This document shows positions 51,739 to 64,000 of a stretch of 64,000 bases of DNA, in pieces; the first letter of the stretch is position 1, and each line of letters begins with the position of its first letter. The notes beneath the pieces are model-generated. The model searched no databases and had not been told where the DNA came from. It worked only from the letters and a program-made list of their open reading frames with translations. This DNA comes from Tubiluchus corallicola (taxonomy: Eukaryota; Animalia; Priapulida): assembly GCA_030141605.1 (NCBI GenBank), contig JAQGDQ010000669.1, forward strand, positions 1 through 64,000, written 5' to 3'. A program made the translations under genes and the position numbers.

Positions 51739-53557
51739 TAAGATTCATTTAGAATTTTAACAAGGAAAGGCAACTCGCCAGTCGCGTGACAGTTGTTACG
51801 ATGCTATTACTCCAGTTATAAACCATGATGTTAATATCTTTTCATCTCAATTGATTAATTCCTTTGATTATTCTTAATAACCCATCTTCTTATATAATTT
51901 GAATTTGGCTTATTCATCGCGGTAGGACTGAAAGATCTGTAATTTGGATATCTTGATTATAGAAAAGCTACAAAAGCAACAAAAGCCATTGCCAACAACA
52001 TCGTTTTTGGATAATCGAATAACCAATCATATCGGCGCCATCTAGTGTAGGGGTTAACAAAAAAGTAAGGCCTAAATAAAAATAATAAGGAATTCAGTAC
52101 ACGTTATCAAAAACATATAAGTGATTAGAAAAAGACAAAAAATCACTTTTGTCTTTCTTGGCAAAGCCCTGTTAAAGGTATTGCATTACCTGTTATTTTA
52201 TTTTTGTTTAAGTAATGTTTCATTTTTGGTACTAGAAGATGGCAAAATTTTCAGGTCTAGTTTCCTAATCATTTAATAAGAAATGCATCTGTTAGCTTGG
52301 CACTTTTTGCGATCGTACAATGAAAATAATCTAAAGTTACGCAAAGGACTTCAAAGTTTTGTCTAAACCGACGCATCTATAAGCCACCTTATTGAGTTCA
52401 CAATAAATCTGTAATGGAAAAGTTCGACTGTACATTCTTTCTGATTCTGCAAGCGGGCACGCGCCCTCTGAATTGAATGACCTCCGTGGAGGATTTAAAC
52501 CCAAATGCGACACAGGACAACAATGACCACGTCAAATAGGATATTCTGACTTACAGTTCAGGGACCATTAAAAGCCAGGCCTCTAAATGATCATAGGTAT
52601 AGTAACAACTCTGCGTTAATTAAGATAGAATAATACAACATTGGTGGCTGGTCTGTGTGTCCAAAGGAATAAACCTTTAAGGACAGCTAATCAGGCGTAC
52701 GCCATCTGCCAATGTTACCCAGTTTATATTGTCCTGAACCGCAATTCTCACACCTATAACAACGGCTCTTAATTCCTTGCCTTTGGTGTTGAAATGTGGG
52801 GGACCGTCAAGGGATATTTGAAGTGAAAGAGGTACTTGTAGTAAAATGAATATTGTGTTCGGCAGACTATATTACATTATTTTCATTATTAAATTCACAT
52901 TTCATACGAAATTTTGCACCAATAAACAGTTAGTAATTTTCCTTTTACCTTAATTTTATCTCTTTCTTTTTCTTTTTTTCTTTCCTTTCTTGTTTTACCT
53001 TAATTTTATCTCTTTCTTTTTCTTTCCTTTTCTTGTTTTTACCTTAATTTTATCTCTTTCTTTTTCTTTCCTTTTCTTGTTTTTACCTTAATTTTATCTC
53101 TTTCTTTTTCTTTTTTCTTTCCTTTCTTGTTTTTACCTTAATTTTATCTCTTTCTTTTTTCTTTCCTTTCTTGTTTTACTTTATTTTTTGTTGTTTTCTC
53201 TCTTTCTTTCTTGTGTTTTCTTTTCTTTTGACTTTTTCCTGCTTTGCTTCATTCTTTTCTTTCCTTTCTTTGTTTTCTCTTTTCATAGTCATAATGTGAT
53301 GCTACTTCCGTTACTGCTGCCGTTGGTGCTGCCATTGCAGTTGCTGTTGTTCCTCTTATGATTGCTCCTTCTGCTACTTGCGCTCTTGCTGCTGGTGGTG
53401 GTGACGATGATGATGATGATGGCGATGATGATGATGATCATGATGGCGAAGATGATGATGATGATGAAGATGGCGATGATGATGATGATGTTGATGATGA
53501 TGATGACGATGATGACGAAGTGAATAGTGGTACATAACTCTTACTTATTTATTCCAG

Positions 53558-53814
53558 GAACTTGGGTTTTCAAGGTCTGGATATTCTAAATAACCCCCAG
53601 ACGTACATAGTGGGAGCCAGACCACCATGCAACGAGTTACCCGGCTTGTCCCCCGGCCAGACAAAACTGTGCATTCTCTACCTGGACCACATGGCCAGCG
53701 TGGGGAGGGGTGCCCGTCTCGGAATACAGGAGTGTCAGTATCAGTTTCGATCAAGGAGGTGGAACTGCAGTACGGTTGAGGACGCTTCTGTTTTTGGACC
53801 GGTCTTGGACATAC
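53558..53814 (+). CDS. Wnt5: Wnt5 coding exon 2
   Basis: ccag|(W)NLGFQ...[74 protein letters not shown]|gtatgt; YIxGA.P.C..L.GLS.GQ.KLC.LY.DHM is Wnt5-like. Confidence 0.93.
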
Positions 53815-54294
53815 GTATGTATACATAGACATAGAACATTTATTTTTTCCAATTAGTTTAACATCAAAAGTTTTTTAAATATTACGTAATTATAATCATG
53901 GAGCAGGGTAGGGAAGTACCATAGGGTCATCTAGTCTCCTGCCCTTTCTTATAAATTGATTACTCATATTAAAAATTAATGGTAATGCTGCAGATAACAA
54001 AAACAAAAACAAATAAGAAAAAAAACACAAATAAAAACAGTATAAATGATACAAATTATCCAAAAAAGAACTGAAAACAAAAAAAAATATTAATAAAGTT
54101 GGATACCAAAATCTAAACAAAACAATACAATTAGGATTATCATATGTAGTAGTTTCAAATAGGGTCTTATTAACAGTGGAATTTGACCAGGGTTAGTGAG
54201 TAAAGTTAAAAAGTTTAAGCCTTAGGAATCCACATTTTCATTCTCAGAAATTTTTCGTAATGAACCTAAATACATATTTTTGTAATAAGAATTA

Positions 54295-54448
54295 AGGTAC
54301 GACTCAGTGTGCGCGCAATGCGTGATGCGGTATCCGTAATGCGTGATGCGTGATACATATTCACTCGAACGTGATGACTATCGTCTGAATACGCATCACG
54401 CAATACGGAACACGCATTACGCGCGTAGTCATAACTGGAGTCGTAACT
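54295..54448. mobile_element. Small palindromic MITE-like hairpin
   Basis: aggtacgactc...gagtcgtaact with internal gcgcgcaatgcgtgatgcg / cgcatcacgca...cgcattacgcgcg inverted arms. Confidence 0.55.
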
Positions 54449-56463
54449 TTAGTGTACAACACATCTGACATAATTCTCTATATAATTTTGAGTCGGTATT
54501 AAAAACATTAACTTAAAAATGAATCACACCCTGGCGCAAATTACTCTGAAGACGCTGAATCCTAGTTGACTGATTACAGGAGCGCAAGGCTTTGGGTTCT
54601 AATCCCAGTGGAGCTGACATTTTTTCTGATTTTCTAATTTTGCATTGCTTTCGTACGTTTACGTGATATTTTTGTCCTATATCTTGGTACATTGTGTACT
54701 GAGATTCCGCGTTAATAGACCTCTAGTGGCAATGAGTATGGCTGTGGCTAATGGCTAGCATATATGCTCGGAAAACAGAAGGTCTTGGGTTCGAGTTTAG
54801 TGAAGGCGCAATTTTTTCAGAAAATACTAATTTAATATTGATTTCGTCTGCGTATGTCATTCCTTTTGTGAAAAGGCGTCGCACGGCAAAATATTGATTT
54901 TTAAAAGAAAAAACACCAAATCATTATTACTCATAAGGTTTGCACAGCTATCCAAAAAAGAAACAGAATTCTAAATTACCTAAACATGGGAATTCGTTGC
55001 CATTTTTAATTAATTGCAATTTTGACATGTGGGTGGGCCATAAAGCAGAAACATTTACATATTTCAACTTGACAACTGCACCATCGTTAGCAGCCACGCC
55101 TCAGCAATATTAGCACTTCGAACAATTTTCCTAGAAAGGTGTGATATACAAAACAGCTCAAAATACCGTGCTGACATTAAAATGAAATGTTACAGTACCT
55201 TATGTGGTGAAACACGTAGGTGTGAATGCAGAGAAATGGCAGCTCAATTCTTGATGAACCTAGCATACCTTATATCGAGAAACTAACGTTGATTCACAGA
55301 AGTAAAACTTCAATGACAATTTTAAAAGAATTGATTTAAAACACCAAATCAAATATCTCTTTGAAATTTGGGGGCTAGCCTCCTGCGCACTCATTCTCTT
55401 GGGTACTTTTGCCCTCATTTTTATAAGAGGGACTAGGTCCACCTCCAAACGAGAGTCATAAACTAGCCAGTAAAGAAAGCCCGTGTCAATAGAAAGATAA
55501 ATTTTACGAGTATAGCCCAAAAGCGGCCACATATTCCAACCTCTCTTAATGTCAGTAAAACAGCCTCAAAATTTATGCGCATTACTGAAACTACGGTACA
55601 GCACAACGTTTATTAGTGCTAACAGAAGCGGTCCAACTGGCAAAATTTAGGAAAATTTATGTGATAATGAGCCTAAACCGCCTTTCATCTTGCCGAAACA
55701 CTCAGAAATTATTACTATTGCCCAGTTATGGTAGGGCAGACTTAGTGGTGACGTCACTACTGTCACAGGTACTTGAACAGGTGACGGAAGTTTAGATGTA
55801 TCTGAAATGTAACAATTTCCATTTCTTCACTCAGTCATTCAGTCATTCCATGGAGCAAATACATCACTACTTTTGCAGTCAATTGTAAACCCTTTTCTCA
55901 CCCCATAACGCATGCGGTATAGCAGGTTGCTATAGTTTCACACGTGTGCATTATGGCTGAGACTTTACTTGCATTTGTTCTGAATCGTTTTGCTATTTTT
56001 TTGGGCTAGTAATAAATTTTTGTGTCAAATTGTATTAACTGACGTATTTTTTATTAAATAATATTAAATTTAAACATAATTTTTTGTATATGACGCTGAA
56101 TGTTGTACAGTAGCACTATACTTCAATTTTCGCTTTCTCAGAAAACGAGAAATACGCTCAAGGAATGCTTATGTCATTAAAAAAATATTTTCAGTTTTGA
56201 CATCCTTTCTTGTTGCGCTCGCTGATCGTTAATTGACTTTTTCACTCATTATTTAATTATGAGAAACACTTTGGCATTTTTTTTAATTGTAAGAAGTATA
56301 CATACTTACCATACTTCAAAATAGTGCGGGATACGAACACCCATGCGGTTTTCCCTTAAGTCTTACACTAGATGAAGGTTTAAACTAAAAACTGCAAATC
56401 AAACGAAGTTAAATTTCTTTAGCAATTACTGTATTTCAATGTTCAAAGATTTACAAAACTTAA

Positions 56464-57229
56464 CGACTGTTACAGTACAGTAGGCTAAATACTGTATGGC
56501 ATCCTGACTTTACATTCACTGAGATCAATAGGTAAATATGTTAGGTGAGATTTTTTTAGTAAAATGAACAATGTGCTGGAAAAATAAATTCCGTCTTCTC
56601 TAAGTAATTTGATAATATTAAATTATTTTACATTAATTTGTATTAATCAAATTGTATTAAAAGGTATTTGCAAATTTTATTATTAAATTAGAAAAATAAG
56701 CCACTATGTCTAGAGAATACGCTATCATACTGACACCATTACAATAACTTTGAATCGATGTAGATGACAAATTAATATATTTTTCAGGCAACGAATAGGT
56801 ACCGATTATAAATTTAGGTCTTCAATCTCAATATTCCAACAATTATATAACTAATTACACAGTTGGATGAAAAAATAAAATGTATTAAATTCTAGCTAAG
56901 CTAACCGTATTTCTTGCTTAACTTTGGAAATTTAATTGTACGGTTACTAAAGTTATAATAATAATGACTTATGATTATTATTATTAGTATTTAGACTATA
57001 CACATGTTTTTAGAAAACAACCGCTGTTAGTCATATTTTAAAAATGTTTGGCAGAACTGACACATTTAAAAACACTTCCATCATTGAAAGTTTGCCAAGC
57101 AGAAACGTAAACAAACTATTTAAAAACGATAAACTTTGCAAAATATTTTTTTATAAAAAAATTGTTGTCACCAAACGATTTATGACATGCACAGAAACGT
57201 CTTACCTAGCAGCTTTCTGTCTGTCTCTG

Positions 57230-57278
<49 letters not shown>

Positions 57279-57989
57279 CCCTCTCTTTCTCTCTATCCTC
57301 TCTCTTTCTCCCTCTCCCTCTGTCTCTCATTTAGATAGTTTAACAACTGTCAGTACAATAGGGAGATTTTTTTATGTTTTTATTGACCTTTATAGATATA
57401 AAATACACAGGGCAATGCAAGGCTAGAATCTGCGCAGCAACCAAGGTGACAATTGCAAAAGAAGAACATCACGTGTAGCTGTGCGCTGTTCTTACATGGT
57501 GGTGTTATGTTTTTTCTATATTTCACTTCGCTTTTCATGGCGATAAATGTTAGGACGGAGTGTTTGTCTTTCTTTGTTTCACCTGTTTACTTTTGTCAAG
57601 GCGGAATTCGGGCGAAAATGGCGCACTGACAAAACCGCATAAAACATCTAACCAAAGAACAATTGCACGTATAAGTTATCTTAAATTTCTAAAATATCTC
57701 GGTCAAGTTTTGCAAAAATAAATCACTTTCTTGAATCAGCGATGCATTCCACAAAACACCCAACTTTTGAGCCGCCAGGAGGTTCTTGTTGTTTCTGTCA
57801 TCAGTGGCCATTACTGACTGCTCTCTTGTTTTGGCAGCCGATAGAGTTTATTTTTCCAGCGCATTGTTCATTTTGATAAAAAAATCTCAACCCTTTGCTG
57901 ACATTCTACCTTACTTATTGATCTCAGTGAATCTAAAGTCAGGATGCCCTACAGTAGAGTAAGTCTACTGTACTGTACTGCAACAGTCG
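56464..57989. mobile_element. TTAA-flanked element with ~75-bp imperfect TIRs
   Basis: TTAA|CGACTGTTACAGTACAGTAGG...GGCATCCTGACTTTACATTCACTGAGATCAATAGGTAA vs reverse complement at 57911-57989 ...CAACAGTCG|TTAA. Confidence 0.75.
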
Positions 57990-57993
57990 TTAA

Positions 57994-58370
57994 AACACAA
58001 GAAAACCCTTCGTAAACATAAAGCTTGAAAAATTCGTTTTGAAATTTTATATCACTTACATACTGCCTTTTTACATACAGGACTTCAATCGGCAGTCACG
58101 CTGTATAAAAAATGTAAATTTAAACTCCCGCGATGACCGTTAGAAGCAGCCATTTTCACGACAGGTCATTTGAAACAAGTTTAGACAACATTTTGTAAAG
58201 TTTGAAAAAATAATCAGAGCATTCGTAGCGGACAAGTCACTAACTAAATAAAATTTAAAATTACTGTATTTTGTCAATAAGAGTAAAAATACGTTTTTGG
58301 TTTGTGAGTGGTGCACGCTGGAGGGTGAGTCAGCGACATTTTACCAATTGGTGAAAACACTTTAAATAAA
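57994..58370 (-). mobile_element. Kolobok-like MITE family K1, partial
   Basis: TTAA|AACACAAGAAAACCC...ggagggtgagtcagcgacatttt; homolog of 27501-27790. Confidence 0.75.
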
Positions 58371-58865
58371 ATCCTCCTCGCGGTTTCTTTTCTTTTTGAA
58401 GTGCTTCTTTGAAAGCTAACTTTAATAGACTGTGATCTGGTTGTCGTATAACATGTCCTATCCATCTTAAATTTCTCCTTTTGATTTTAGTTGTCCATTC
58501 CTCTGCCTTGACTTTATTATACAGATCTTGGTTTGATATTTTGTTTGCCCATTTTATTCCTAAAATATTCCTGTAGTTTCTTCTTTGAAATGCATAAATT
58601 TCTGATTTGTTTTGTCTTTGATTATCTACAATTCTGAGTTATGGGGTGGTTACTAGGTGACCAAATGGTCTTTCGCCACCCACCTCTTTTTGTTTGTTTT
58701 CTATGACGAACTAACCATTCAAGCAAACCTTCAATTGAATTGTATGAGGCAATAAATAAGTTTGAATTTAAAAATTGAATTGAATTGAACTAACTGAATT
58801 TAGCAAGTTCATCGTTCTCAGACACCAATCCACCACAACGTACCACGTTTTGTTCTCTCTTACAG

Positions 58866-59158
58866 CCAGCCGTGAAGCAGCTTTCACACACAGCATCTCT
58901 GCCGCGGGGGTGGTCCACTCTGTCAGCCGCTCTTGTCGGGATGGCGAGCTCTCAAACTGTGGATGCAGCCGAGCCAGGCGGCCCAGAAAACTCAACCGGG
59001 ACTGGATCTGGGGAGGATGTGGAGACGATCTGGAGTACGGATACCGGTTCACCGAGGGCTTCGTCGACGTGAAAGAGAGGGAGAAGAACCATAAAAGGGG
59101 GTCCTTAGCTCAAGGAAAAGCACTGATGAATCTTCATAACAATGAGGCTGGAAGGCGG
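58866..59158 (+). CDS. Wnt5: Wnt5 coding exon 3 (gene continues beyond the window)
   Basis: tacag|(P)[79 protein letters not shown]...[12 protein letters not shown]|gtatgt; the exon with CKCHGxSGSC was not found in the window. Confidence 0.95.
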
Positions 59159-60352
59159 GTATGTACTTCACTTTTTCATTTCTTGATTTAATATTAACGT
59201 AGCTGCTCGGGATGCAAAAGATATGGGTTCCAACCTCATGATGATTGCTTTTCAATTTTCGTTTTTTTGCTTATGTTCATTAACTTGTCGAATACTAAAA
59301 TCGCGAGTACGTCACGAATATGCAGCTCTTGTTTGCTATATTTTGTACCCGGGAAAAATACGAGTCATCGCAATCATCCGACATGAGTTGACCCTATTTC
59401 ACATTTTCTCTCGTGTGTCATGATGGCAAGGAACTACAGGGCCTACAAAGACAGTCTGCAAAGTTCTGATAAACATGGCACACGTGGGTTTTGGATAACA
59501 AAATCTGACATCTAAAGTTACTAGTGTGTCAGCGATTGAAGCATACCTACGTTTTTATTGCTTGATTTTCTGGACCTGCAACAACACAAGGTCTTATGAA
59601 CTGAAAATATGATTGGTTCTTAGCCTCACGTATAAACAGGAAATTGCCGTATAAATTATTACGGTCAACAGAGTCACTCTTCAGATCCCGGACACTGGTC
59701 AGCAGTGTGTGGTCACTTTTAATGCGCGAGGAAATTCTATTAACGTTCCAACACCAACGACTGCATTCAGTCCGTAATTACACCATTTAAGTATGTGTAT
59801 GTCCAGAAGCTCCATCCAAATGACCAATGGTCAATTATTGCGAACATGTGCTCATGCTGGAAAAGACCAATAGTTCACAAGGCGGGGTGGGAAGGTGGTT
59901 TTGATATTACGCGACTTTCTTTGCGATTTGTTGACTTAAATTCCAAAATTCTAGGACAGAAATTTTTTACTAATATTTGTGGCCCGTACAGTTTTGGCAA
60001 GGAAACATTGGTGTATATATTCTGTATATATATATATATATAGTCACCTTCCATTTTGCAGAGACCTTTATGCACATGAACTTTCAGTCTGGCTTTAGCC
60101 TAAAGGACTGTAATTAAATTATAGTATTCTTAGCTGCGACATTGAGTACAAAATGGAACTGTTGTCAGTTGGTCTGTCATCAAATCCCTTGGATTAGCAT
60201 ACGCACCACGTGCGTAAATGAGATTAAGATTATCTATATTTAGAGGCTAAGATTATCGGTTTATTGAAATAATTAAAGATCAGTAATTTCACTAAAATTT
60301 TATCTGATTTGTTCACTCATATCGACGATCATTATATTTATTATAAGACCAA

Positions 60353-60591
60353 CAGTGGCGGCTCGTAACTAAAATTAGTAGGGGTGCTGCTTCAGAAAAA
60401 ATTTAGCTATCGTTTTAATACTGTATAAAAAAGCTAGTATAAGTAATTTTAATGTTGCAATTTGTAATTGTCGTTTTTAGACAAACAACCATTTGAAAGT
60501 TTATACATAAGCTTGATATAATCCTAAACAAAAAATATTTGAAAATAGGTGCTACTGCAGTTCCACAGTACCTACACACGAGCCGCCATTG
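60353..60591. mobile_element. hAT MITE, same family as 1079-2118
   Basis: CAGTGGCGGCTCGT / ACGAGCCGCCATTG; TSD AAGACCAA/AAAACCAA. Confidence 0.8.
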
Positions 60592-62048
60592 AAAACCAAT
60601 CCTCCAACTCTATAACAACTTATTGGCAAGATTACGGCGAGCTTGCGCTTTTTAAATCAAAGGTTGCTGGTTCAAATCCAGGTTTAAATCTTCACATTTC
60701 ATTTCTTTCGGACAAGCTTGATTTCATTAACTCATAAACTATTGCTGGTTATTTTACAGCAATTATCACCCAATGCGGATAAAGAGTTAAAGAAAGAAAG
60801 GAGGCGCTGTAAATTTGTAAACAAACCGGGACTTGAACTCGAGACCTGGAATTAGACCTCCCATGCTCTGTCTAGGTCTTATCAGCATTCTGTCATGTAC
60901 AGCTTATAGGCAATCCCACCACCCATGTTAGTTTCAACATAATTTATTATATAATTGGATCTGACAGTTTAAAAAACACGATTTAGGATCCTCACCACAA
61001 CAGACTTTATACACTATTTAAAAAACATTTACAGTAAGAAATGACTATGTCTACACAAGCTGACAAATTTTACCGCAGAATTACATTAGATTTTAATACC
61101 AAATGAAAGTTAAAAATATTAAGGTACCAATATTTAAGACTGGCACATCTCATATCAGATAGAAACTACTGGAAGCGTTTAGTAAGAAATATAAAGTCAT
61201 GTACGCAATGGAATATTTTACAGTTAATAACATTATTATTATCATCTTTTCCAAATAATAGCAACTATCATTAGTTCCTAAGACAGCTATATTGGCTTTC
61301 AGGCAGTAGTATTTCATTTAATTTATCAAACATAACTACCCTAGCTTGTTGATACAATGGGCAGTGCAACAAAAAGTGTTCAACATACTCAAATCAAAAT
61401 CCACAATTACAATTCGGCGATGACCGTTGTTATCTTTACAGCCTTTAGAAAAAATGTCATAGCTTAGATGAGGTTATCACTATCACTATAGTTATCCAAG
61501 TTATCACTCTGGCCGCTGATTATTAAGTTTTAATAAATTCATTTTTATATAAGTCCTTATCTATCTCTCTCGACTCGTTTCTGACTCGAGAATTGCTGTC
61601 GAATTTGAATCAGAAATGCCGCTGGCGATGCTTGTCTCTTAAGTTGTAATAACTACAAAATGTGACAACAAATGAGAACCCTCTATGCTGGTTCCTCTTC
61701 TTCTTGTAGTGTACCTTTGGGACGGCTGTCTAGAGAATTCATTAACAGTCATTCCATTGCAGTGATTGCAGTACTTAAGTTGACAGTGACCATAAGTCAT
61801 CGTCACACTGCATTGTCGCCATCTATGAATTATTGGCGAGGGTAATAAAGGAGGTACTGCCAAATGAGGACGTAATGTGTAAGCAATAAATATTGTTGCC
61901 AGTTTGGAAGATTAAATGATTTCGACGTGCTGCGAATGGAGAATGTTGCAGAACACATATTATTGATAATATGTTGTTTGCCCAGTGCAAGTTACCATTA
62001 GGATTGTCTACAAAACTGTTTCTTTCTTTTCTCCACCATTAGCACTAT

Positions 62049-62049
62049 C

Positions 62050-62086
<37 letters not shown>

Positions 62087-62087
62087 T

Positions 62088-62124
<37 letters not shown>

Positions 62125-62180
62125 GCATCAGCATCATCAGCATCAGCATCATCATCATCAGCATCATCATCATCATCATC

Positions 62181-62279
<99 letters not shown>

Positions 62280-62407
62280 AACAACAATAATAACAACAAC
62301 AACAAAACCAACAATAACAACAACAACAAAACAACAACAACAACAACAATAATAACAACAACAACAAAAACAACAATAACAACAACAACAACAACAACAA
62401 CAACAAT
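62049..62407. repeat. (CAT)n(CAA)n microsatellite
   Basis: Direct observation. Confidence 0.97.
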
Positions 62408-63599
62408 ATCAGCTTCATTTTGTTTGTGCTTTTGCGTACTCACTATCACAAAAACTGCATCCATCTAAAGTTCTCAATGTTGTAAATGTTCATGCTTGAA
62501 GCTACACCTTGCTACACCTTGCTACACCTTGCTACACCTTGCTAGTGTCTACTGGAATGGTTGATACAATCTTGAATATGCATGGCGTCAGTGCTAACCA
62601 ACAAAAGAAGATTTTTAGAAATGAGAACGTAATATTTATTACATCTTCCAAGGAGAAGAGAAGGCACTTTTAAACTATATTTCCAAAAAAACTTCCACAC
62701 AAAGTCATATTACTCAGAATTACGCCTACCTGTTTGGACGACTTGTTTAACTAGAAAATGAGTTCTAAATAAATCTAATTGAAAATACTCGCACCACCTG
62801 GTAAAACGTCACTGGCACACTTTCCCAGTGTGAATCACTGGCTCACCAAAAACATACTATTAATCTTATTGATAACATGAAATAATTTATGCTTTTGCTT
62901 AGCCAGTGAAAACCGTGCAACTGATTACTTTTTTTGTTCAGTAAGTGAATGTCACGCATTGCCGTCATTGATTTGGCTCGAGACGGAAGGCAAAACAAAC
63001 TGTCTTTTCAAGAATGACATGATTTTTTTTACTTACATTTTATTTTTCTGCTTATACGTGGAGTCGGAACTCCAATGTATTGCATTTGAGCAGTAGAGAC
63101 ACTACGGAGACGTGGGGGATGAATGTCAAAGGAACCTTGCTTGCACGCAAAAACGTGGAGTAGCTAATTGCTGTTTATTGTTTTTGACTCGTTTCTTTAG
63201 CATTCCATGTTCTACACACCTCAGGCATTTTCAGCTCTTTAGAAAATGTTTATTTTTCGGCGCGTTTTGATGATTTCCTGTTTTGCGATCTGCAGGTTTT
63301 AGCAATTTTACGAAAATCAGATGCTTGATCTGCATGTGATGTCTCCCAAGGCTTGGCATTGTACGAATTTGCATGTACGCACATGGCTTCATGGCCTACG
63401 TCACATCTTCAAAATTTATGATTTGGCAAACCAGTGCAGAGTAGTCCACACTTTCTTTAGGTAATTGAAATAATTAACGGAGTCTGCGCAAATGGTAAAG
63501 ATAGAGAAAGGAAGCACGTGGAGAGAGAGGTAGGAGAAAGCGAGAGAACAAGAGAGAGGCAGGAGCAGGAGAGGACAAGAAGGAGAAGAGGGACAGAGA

Positions 63600-63945
<346 letters not shown>

Positions 63946-64000
63946 ATAGTGACAAGCACAAGGCTGGAAGATTGGCTTCGTAATCCAGCACTCAGTGCCA

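Overview
AT-rich, repeat-dense animal (invertebrate-like) genomic DNA with spliceosomal introns; most entries in the six-frame ORF track are microsatellite artefacts. Manual splicing recovers four main features. (1) A complete 11-exon, 542-aa membrane-bound (gamma-subclass) tyrosinase-family gene on the minus strand (35812->17522). All six copper-site His are intact, but the second-shell residues are unusual, and the last intron is GC-AG. (2) A 7SL/SRP RNA gene (37887-38185) followed by degenerate tandem copies of its own 3' end. (3) The first three coding exons of Wnt5 on the plus strand (41870 onward, continuing past the window), head-to-head with the tyrosinase. (4) A two-exon LRR cell-surface receptor-like gene (10370-11932) whose stalk, TM segment and tail are read from trinucleotide repeats. 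It sits in a rearranged mini-cluster containing an inverted paralogous exon 2, a ~1.9-kb duplicated 3' segment and an orphan promoter copy cut by an LTR. The rest is hAT, Kolobok-like and other TIR elements, solo LTRs and a Gypsy remnant, LINE fragments, minisatellites and microsatellites. All protein assignments come from motif recognition by eye, with no database search.
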